A DNA stretch of 64,000 nt, from positions 11,006,741 through 11,070,740 of the forward strand of contig OZ037768.1 in assembly GCA_964035545.1 (NCBI GenBank), in the 5' to 3' direction. The notes beneath the pieces were generated by a model, which did no database searches, was not told the DNA's origin, and worked only from the letters and a program-made list of their open reading frames with translations. This DNA is from Bugula neritina. Taxonomy: Eukaryota; Animalia; Bryozoa. Each line of letters begins with the position of its first letter. The stretch's first letter is position 1. The position numbers were made by a program, and so were the translations under genes. This document shows positions 58,401-64,000 of the stretch, piece by piece.

Positions 58401-58628
58401 GCCATCAGCCGTTAATAACGGCCGGCCTGCTTTGAGCCGTTTCCCACCAACCACCCGCGGACTTACCAGAGTCCGCTCGCTCCCAGTGTCGACAAGACAC
58501 GAGAAACAACGGCCGTTCAGCACTGCCTGAATGACGGGCATACGGCTACTTGTGGTAGTCCTACTAATTGCCCCAGATAGCGCCAAGCTATCCCGCGGTA
58601 CGCATGCACCGCTCAGAACCTCGCTCAT
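55407..58628 (-). CDS. pol: Pol polyprotein (protease, RT, RNase H, integrase); frame is open upstream to ~58730
   Basis: LVDTGS; VRPVMDYRELN, DLKSAYLQI, RLGFGLSCAP, YIDD; TDAS, HINVAELEA; H-H-CxxC, IDV, LDN, GNGIVERNHRTIK. Confidence 0.97.
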   Translation of the reverse strand: MSEVLSGACVPRDSLALSGAISRTTTSSRMPVIQAVLNGRCFSCLVDTGSERTLVSPRVVGGKRLKAGRPLLTADGSASHVEGTCRVTVGLQGHCFSVSAPVMSELGNLGVDCLIGGDAIDHMGGVTVRRGSDSRYSVVWGKQSSAGCCDFPRQKVASPGLACGATTAVNDSRSSDLGSLRVEDPDFVANFDNGRWTVSWRWTGESPSKLQTRVSEYRCTQAPQIHERYCAELESWISKGWLKRWDGPVEGVIPLLAVFQPTKDKVRPVMDYRELNNYVESHTGDDKVAVCSEKIRKWRQLKGNLRVVDLKSAYLQIHIAKDLWKYQVVRHKGVHYALTRLGFGLSCAPRIMTSILGKVLSMDDRVRRATDHYIDDIVVQESVVGAEEVRKHLAKYGLETKEPESLDGGRLLGIALKSDSRGELRMMRATALSEIHLKPKSLTKRGLFSLCGRLVGHYPVAGWLRMHCSFLKRLGCGGGWDAPVGNAVSNLAAELLNRAKREDPVRGCWRVNPGGSVTVWTDASSIGIGVVLEVDGNVVEDASWLRKESDHSHINVAELEAVARGINLAVTWGFKTFTLAIDSLTVVNWMGNTVDARSRVRTKSAAEMLIKRRLGVIRDTITEFDLEISVRFVPTAENKADCMTRVAKQWLGSRGLGSTDMQVIAALSTGESVEDAIWAAHLPHHLGVDRTLYLARQIRRDLSREQVKRELAGCETCQRVDPALRSENIVPTGSLSVEGNWQRVAIDVTHYDGRLFLSMVDCGPSRLAIWRRLQSESAEKIVAQLRSVVIERGPCEELLLDNSMAFRSASVEEFADEWGISLRFRAAYAPSGNGIVERNHRTIKRIAERGGISPEEATFWYNVTPRKDADEGSVPSNVLFRYPWRVPFDINTTEAGVCGDCNFAIGDEVWLKPPTPSCTRQWALGEVTGVVSRHTVCVNGVPRHVRDVRKRRHGGELAQHGGRRHQGGLSARVDDQHIPYAGPPGDLPLVLSEEHGEEANAGQYAIREDPAQPDADVNGVRCPERPTEQVGVDAEESENADVPLLHHGRPQRVRRRPAYLADYVDWPEVVASP

Positions 58629-58660
58629 CGATAAAGAGCAAGGCCCTCGGCGGTTAACGC

Positions 58661-59665
58661 CTAAACTGTGGTATCCATGCTGGAGGATGCGGCGCCCCGA
58701 GTTGCATCCTCCGCCTGAAAACCCGGCTGGTTACCTTCCAGCCCTGCAGCTACTGCAGGCGGTTTCGGGCAGTCCCGAACCCAGTGGTCGATGCCTCCGC
58801 ACCGGAAGCATCCAGCTCTCTTCCCAGAAGAGTTTCTCACGGGCCGCTTGTTGAAAGAAGCCCGCCTGCTCTCGGTGCAATCCTTTACCCGGTGTGCACC
58901 GCCACACCGATAGCAGGAACTGGCACCTGACTGCTGCTGCGCTCTTCCAGAAGCAGCAGCGACTTCCCCCGACTGTTGCCCAGATCTAGAACGGCGTGCA
59001 ACAGCCCTGCGCGAGACCACTCTTTCTCGCACACGTGCCAAAACTGACCCAAAGTCGGCCTTGTAGGCACTTTCGAGGGTTACTGCCCACTCGTAGACAG
59101 AGGCCGGCAAGCCTTCATAAAACTGAGCTCGAAAACTCAGATCATTGCAGGTCATGCCGACTCGCCCACCGAACCGCTCCAAGCGGTCCAGGTACACGTC
59201 AATCGTGTCCCCGTCTTCCATGCGGCAGGTAGTGAACCTACGCCATGCTTCCTGCATAGGCATGGCGTACTCGGCCACCAAGGCCGCTTTTACTACATCC
59301 CATTGGGATGCTTCGGCCACACGCATCCTGCTGTAGACACGAGCAGCATTGCCACCCAACATGTAGATGAGGATTTCCGTTGGGGCAATCTGTTCTACCT
59401 CGCAGAGTCCCTCAAACTCCCTGATCCACGCAGTGACATCTACACTGCCATCGCCAGTAAACTGGGGCGTGGCTTGTCGAATTCTCGACAGAATCGGGCC
59501 CTTTGCCTGATTGAGGATGCTAGCCAAGACCCTCGCATCCAACAGAACTGGAGCTGCAAGCCCAGTGCCCGCAGATGATGGCCCGCCAAGGTCGGAAGCG
59601 CCACCAACTGCCGAACTCTCCCCAGGAGAGTCCTTGCCTTCAATTTTCTCTCCTTCCCGTGACAT
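58661..59665 (-). CDS. gag: Gag with two CCHC zinc knuckles
   Basis: First ATG at 59665 (the ORF track starts at an upstream non-ATG codon). FTGDGS.DV..W capsid-like start; CYRCGGAHRVKDC and CFRCGGIDHWVRDC. Confidence 0.93.
   Translation of the reverse strand: MSREGEKIEGKDSPGESSAVGGASDLGGPSSAGTGLAAPVLLDARVLASILNQAKGPILSRIRQATPQFTGDGSVDVTAWIREFEGLCEVEQIAPTEILIYMLGGNAARVYSRMRVAEASQWDVVKAALVAEYAMPMQEAWRRFTTCRMEDGDTIDVYLDRLERFGGRVGMTCNDLSFRAQFYEGLPASVYEWAVTLESAYKADFGSVLARVRERVVSRRAVARRSRSGQQSGEVAAASGRAQQQSGASSCYRCGGAHRVKDCTESRRASFNKRPVRNSSGKRAGCFRCGGIDHWVRDCPKPPAVAAGLEGNQPGFQAEDATRGAASSSMDTTV
58682..58724 (-). promoter_or_regulatory. -1 programmed ribosomal frameshift signal (gag-pol)
   Basis: G_GGU_UUU heptamer (58724-58718) in the gag frame, 5-nt spacer, perfect 9-bp stem GGAGGAUGC/GCAUCCUCC with a 13-nt loop. 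The pol (-1) frame opens two codons before the heptamer. Confidence 0.85.
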
Positions 59666-59852
59666 TCCGTTCTCCACAGTCAACAAGTATGAGTAATAAA
59701 CTATTTGACTGAGAACCAGAATGCACAAGCTTACTAACTACGTTTAAGTAGTAGTAAGAAACAGCAGTAATATTATGATTATATCACGTTGTTACTAACC
59801 ATAAAGTAATAATAGTAATAATAGTAATAATAGCAATAATAATGATAATGCT

Positions 59853-59864
59853 GCCGAAATAGCT
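59853..59864 (-). promoter_or_regulatory. Non-canonical primer-binding site, complementary to nt 1-12 of tRNA-Phe
   Basis: Element strand reads LTR-end CA|AGCTATTTCGGC. The + strand GCCGAAATAGCT equals the 5' end of metazoan tRNA-Phe(GAA) as remembered. Confidence 0.6.
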
Positions 59865-60274
59865 TGTTACCTGCAAGTGCAAATTAATATGAGAGTCAAA
59901 CTCAAAACAAATAACGGAGACTAGCAGTAACTTATAATAATGATTATAATAATAATTATAATAATAATACGAATAATAATATATCGACAGCCCCAAGCTG
60001 TCACCGTGACCTCCAAACCACCCCTTAGTCACCCCAATCTCCACCCGTGATCTGCCCAGCAAATCACCGTATTCGCCCAGAATACAATGACCAGAAACTT
60101 GAATTTGCTAAACTCTCTAATAGATATAAACGTTCTCAGTCCAACACTGTCACACGATTGATAGAGGCTTTTATTTCGCAGCGCAGCACGAGGAGAAGTC
60201 CTTGACCCCTGCTGTGTACCTAAGCACTCTATCTTGCTGCGCCGCTAACGGCATCGGCATACTTACAGCCCACA
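59865..60274 (-). repeat. 5' LTR
   Basis: Direct repeat of 54972-55381, upstream of gag. Confidence 0.97.
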
Positions 60275-61366
60275 TACTATTAATCAAAAAATGTCATAAT
60301 GATTTAGATAAAGATTATATTCATGATCATATTGATAATGATACCAATAATAAAGTATTAAATATTTATATTTAATTTTATAACATCAACTATAATATTG
60401 AAAGTATCATTATAATTATTATAGTAAAATTAAATATAGAAATAAATAATTATCAGTATCACTATCATCATGATCATGACAATTTTTAATACTAAATTTT
60501 ATAATACTGAACTTGATAGTAAAAATTAAACTACAAATCAAATGCATGATAATTAATAATAAATTATTAATATTATTATAAAAAAGAGTTTATTCCTTGA
60601 CTAAAAATCATTAAACCAAAGTGAAAGTCAAAGTGAAAATGCGGTTAGATTTTTGCTACATCTGTTTTCAATTTTAATTGCATTGGTACTACTATTTCAA
60701 TTTGTATCATTATGATTATCATAAATCATGACCATTATCATTATGATTATGATTATCATTATCATAATGATTATCATAATTATTATGATTATAATTATAT
60801 TTAATTTTATATTAATATTAATAATATTATATTTATTATTCATATTGATTTTGAATACTAGGAATAATTTCAACGTGCATTTTAAAAACATTTTCTAATT
60901 ACAGTTGTCATAATCGCTATAGTCATAATTTAAATGATTACAATAATGAATTTAATATTAATAAATATAATCATAATGATAGCGACACTGTCTGAAAAGA
61001 TTTTAATGCTTGCCCATAAAAGGGAATGTGTGAGTCAATCTGTTTCCACGCGCCGAGGAAATGTAGTAGCCTTTGCGACAAGGTTTATTTTTATTAGTGA
61101 AGATTTTGAATGTTTCTAACTACAATACTTAGCTGCGCTGCGTAATACTCAAGCTATGGTAGTCGCTGAGTCGTGCATGATTCATTTGGTTTCCGGGTGA
61201 TTCCCCTAGTAATTTTCACTTCTATGACTAATTCTTTGTTAGAAGTTTTCATATTTACAATTTGCTATTTCACCACTCACCTGGAGGGTCGTAACTTTAT
61301 CTTTGCCGAAAGTAATCTGACGAATACATTTTAACATCAATATCAAATCTGAACAACAACGCCAAC

Positions 61367-63914
61367 ATGCAGGTAACCGTAATTTAAAATAAAAGTGCAA
61401 TCTATTTTTTGTATAACTAGAAGTTGAGTGAAATTCAAAATGTAAGTATTACTCAAAATGAAAATATAACTGTAAGTGACCATAGTGATAGTTAGAGGTA
61501 TTAGTCTTTTGCAATTACATTTTTTGCTTTAATTTTGAAGTTGTTTTTTGTTTAGTCAGAGTAAATTCCAATCCGTCCCTAAGGCTAAAGCACTATGACT
61601 ATCAGTATCACATTCACATTGAGGTTCACGCTCAATATGACTATAATATTGAAAATAATTATAATTTTTAACTTTATGTTATAAAATATAAGTACTAAAA
61701 TTTCCACCAACTGATATTTTAGATGATGACTATTAGTATTATTATAACTGTGGTCATATTGATATTGTTGAACTTGATTGTGATAATAATTATAATTATT
61801 ATGCCAATAATCCGCCTAACGCTAATGGGCATGGCTTCATAGATATTAGGAGTAAGTCTACAGTTATAGTTTTTGTTATTAGTTGTGTCACAGCTTTCGC
61901 TTAAGCTAGTAGCCTACCATCAACTTGGTCTCATGACTAGGTTAAAATAGACAACCATAGAACTTTCTATCAATCTGCTCCCTGACCTTAACAGAGCTAT
62001 TTTCTCAGTATTTTTTTGCTTTAGTTGTAATTACTATTGGTATTGATTCTGCACAGTCTGTAATTTCCATGTAACCCAATTGATCCAATTACTATGAGGG
62101 AAATATTTTGCTGAGGTTCTGCACTTGTGGGTCAATTCCAATTTTAGATCCTGATGTTACGTCTTTTTAAAAAAAGTTTTTCTTTTACCCATTAATCACT
62201 AGAAATAGCTTTATTGATGATCACCATTTCTGAATTACACTCATCTAGTACCAGAATATCAGACCTCATGGCCTTGATGACTTTGTTGGTGTTTATGTTG
62301 AAGTTCGACAAGGTTGTTATGATGTTGCTTTCTGTTGAATGTTTAGCTTGTTAGTCAAACCAATGTTTGCTCCTTTGGAATTTGCAGATTCTACACAACT
62401 TTTAGAAAATCATCAAAGATAAATGGTCATGGCTCATCATATATTCTCTCTGTGCTAGCTTTTCGCACTCACTATGTATTACACATGAATGTAATTAATT
62501 ACAATTACAATTACATGAAAATTTGTCAGTCACAATTATAATTACAGTTAATAAGTAATGTAATTAATTGCAATTACATGGTAATGTAATTAATTACAAT
62601 TAATTTTGTTCTCACAAGGGATAAATATAAGTTATACAATCTCACTTCTGCATCCAACTACCTGGGCAATTTTGACAGTGGAGAACCTCCTTTGTTCCCA
62701 ACAGTGTTATATAGTGTTATACAATGCTACATTGAATTAATCTGAACTTGTTTAGTTGTTATTTAACAGAAGGCATGGTAGGAAAAGCATAAAATTTTTA
62801 GAGATTTAAAAATTTGAAGTGATTGACATGTAATTATAAAGTAATTGTAAAAATCAATCACATTAGATATATAATTAATTACAATTACATTTAATTACTT
62901 GAAGAAATGTAATTAATTACAACCAATTGCAATTACAATTACTCCCAACCCTGTTCAGTATATCACAGTGTTGGTTGATACCATTGTGTAGCTGGCAGGG
63001 TTGGGGTCAATTGCATGTGAATGTAATTAATTACAATTACATAAAAATTTGTCAATTACAATTATAATTACAGTTAAAAAGTATTGTAATTAATTACAAT
63101 TACAATTACTTTTGTTCTCACAAAGGATACATAGAAGTTATACAATCTCACTTCTAGGGTCCAACTACTAGGGGCAATTTTGACAGTGGTGAACCTCCTT
63201 GGTTCTCAACAATGATACTATACTACCTTGATTTAATCTGAACTTGTTATTTGACAGTAGGCATGGTAGGAAAAGTATGAAATTTTTAAGATTTCAAAGT
63301 TTGAAGTAATTGACTTGTAATTATAAAGTGATAGTAAAAATCGATTACATTAGATATGTAATAATTACAATTACAATTACATTCATATACATCAATTACA
63401 AATTACATTCAATTACTTGAGAAAATGTAATTAATTACAACCAATTACAATTACAAAATACAATTACCCCAATCCTGGTAGCTGGAAAGCTCCTAATTTA
63501 ATGCCTACTTTGTAAAAAAAACTGAGGGTAATAGTGGCAGTTCACTTGAGTTGCGTATCATAATTAAGATTTACTCTAAATGCATGTTGAAATGCTGTGC
63601 GTAATGAAATGCAAATACTTATATTCAAATCAACTTGTGTATTTTTATTAGTTACTCTAACAAATTCATTAATGAAAATGGTTACGCCTGTTGATATTTT
63701 GTACAATGCTATGAATTGCTAAAGTTTATCAGAAATTGTCAATGTTCGTAATACAATAATACACATATCAACTGAAAATTGTATTTTAGGACCCTAACGC
63801 TGATACTGAATGGAATGATGTTCTTCGAGCTAAAGGGATTTTACCTCCCAAAGAAAAGGAAGAAATCACCGAAGATGATATTGTTAACATGCTAGAAAAT
63901 ACCATTGAAAAAAA
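61367..63914 (+). CDS. PDCL3: Phosducin-like protein 3 (VIAF), first two coding exons; continues off the right edge
   Basis: ATGCAG|GT (61367-61372) joined to 63790-63914 gives [38 protein letters not shown], the conserved PDCL2/3 N-terminus. Confidence 0.9.
62476..62953 (+). mobile_element. hAT-type MITE, left end truncated
   Basis: Ends ...ctcccaaccctg; colinear with 62996-63477. Confidence 0.8.
62996..63477 (+). mobile_element. hAT-type MITE, complete, with 8-bp TSD
   Basis: TIRs CAGGGTTGGGG / CCCCAATCCTG; GTAGCTGG duplicated at 62988-62995 and 63478-63485. Confidence 0.9.
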
Positions 63915-64000
63915 GTAAGTGCCTTTATGATGTACCAAATAGCTGGAGTTTTTCAGTACGTTTCCAAGTAATGCTGTAATGAATTATGTTTGTGATATTC

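Larger units (their letters stand above)
54972..60274 (-). mobile_element. Intact full-length Ty3/Gypsy-superfamily LTR retrotransposon (5303 bp)
   Basis: LTRs at 54972-55381 and 59865-60274 (410 bp, TG...CA, no differences seen); TSD TACTA at 54967-54971 and 60275-60279; PPT (AGGGGAGA on the - strand) at 55382-55389; uninterrupted gag and pol in PR-RT-RH-IN order. Confidence 0.97.

Noticed and set aside
55409-59696. Many + strand and alternate-frame ORFs within the retrotransposon
   Set aside because: Shadow ORFs of GC-rich gag/pol with no recognisable motifs; no env-like ORF between pol and the 3' LTR.
59849-59859. Canonical PBS-Phe (TGCTGCCGAAA resembles TGGTGCCGAAA) on the + strand
   Set aside because: Wrong strand and wrong side relative to gag-pol and the PPT; the similarity is largely explained by acceptor-stem symmetry.

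Overview
AT-rich, intron-dense animal genomic DNA, probably an invertebrate (lophotrochozoan-like; this is a guess). Exons were assembled by eye from GT-AG sites and phase continuity. Seven host genes are supported, left to right: the 5' half of TDRD12 (-); a complete 4-exon Bcl-2-family gene (+) nested in one TDRD12 intron; ELAC2/RNase Z-L (-) with two in-frame starts; a PIDD1-like ZU5-ZU5-UPA-DD-DD gene (-) with two HFS motifs; a tetraspanin (+); YEATS2 (-); and the start of PDCL3 (+). Mobile DNA includes an intact, very young Ty3/Gypsy-type LTR element (54972-60274; identical 410-bp LTRs, TACTA TSD, -1 frameshift signal), a decayed Gypsy carrying a nested MITE and SINE, several MITE families, a tRNA-derived SINE family, LINE scraps and minisatellites. 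The most notable observations are four. (i) The intact element has no canonical TGG primer-binding site; the 12 nt abutting its 5' LTR are instead exactly complementary to nt 1-12 of metazoan tRNA-Phe. (ii) Two tandem arrays in ELAC2 are amplified 5' splice sites. (iii) The PIDD-like protein has no visible LRRs, two death domains and an NLS. (iv) The nested Bcl-2 protein lacks a membrane anchor. No database searches were run; family calls rest on remembered motifs.
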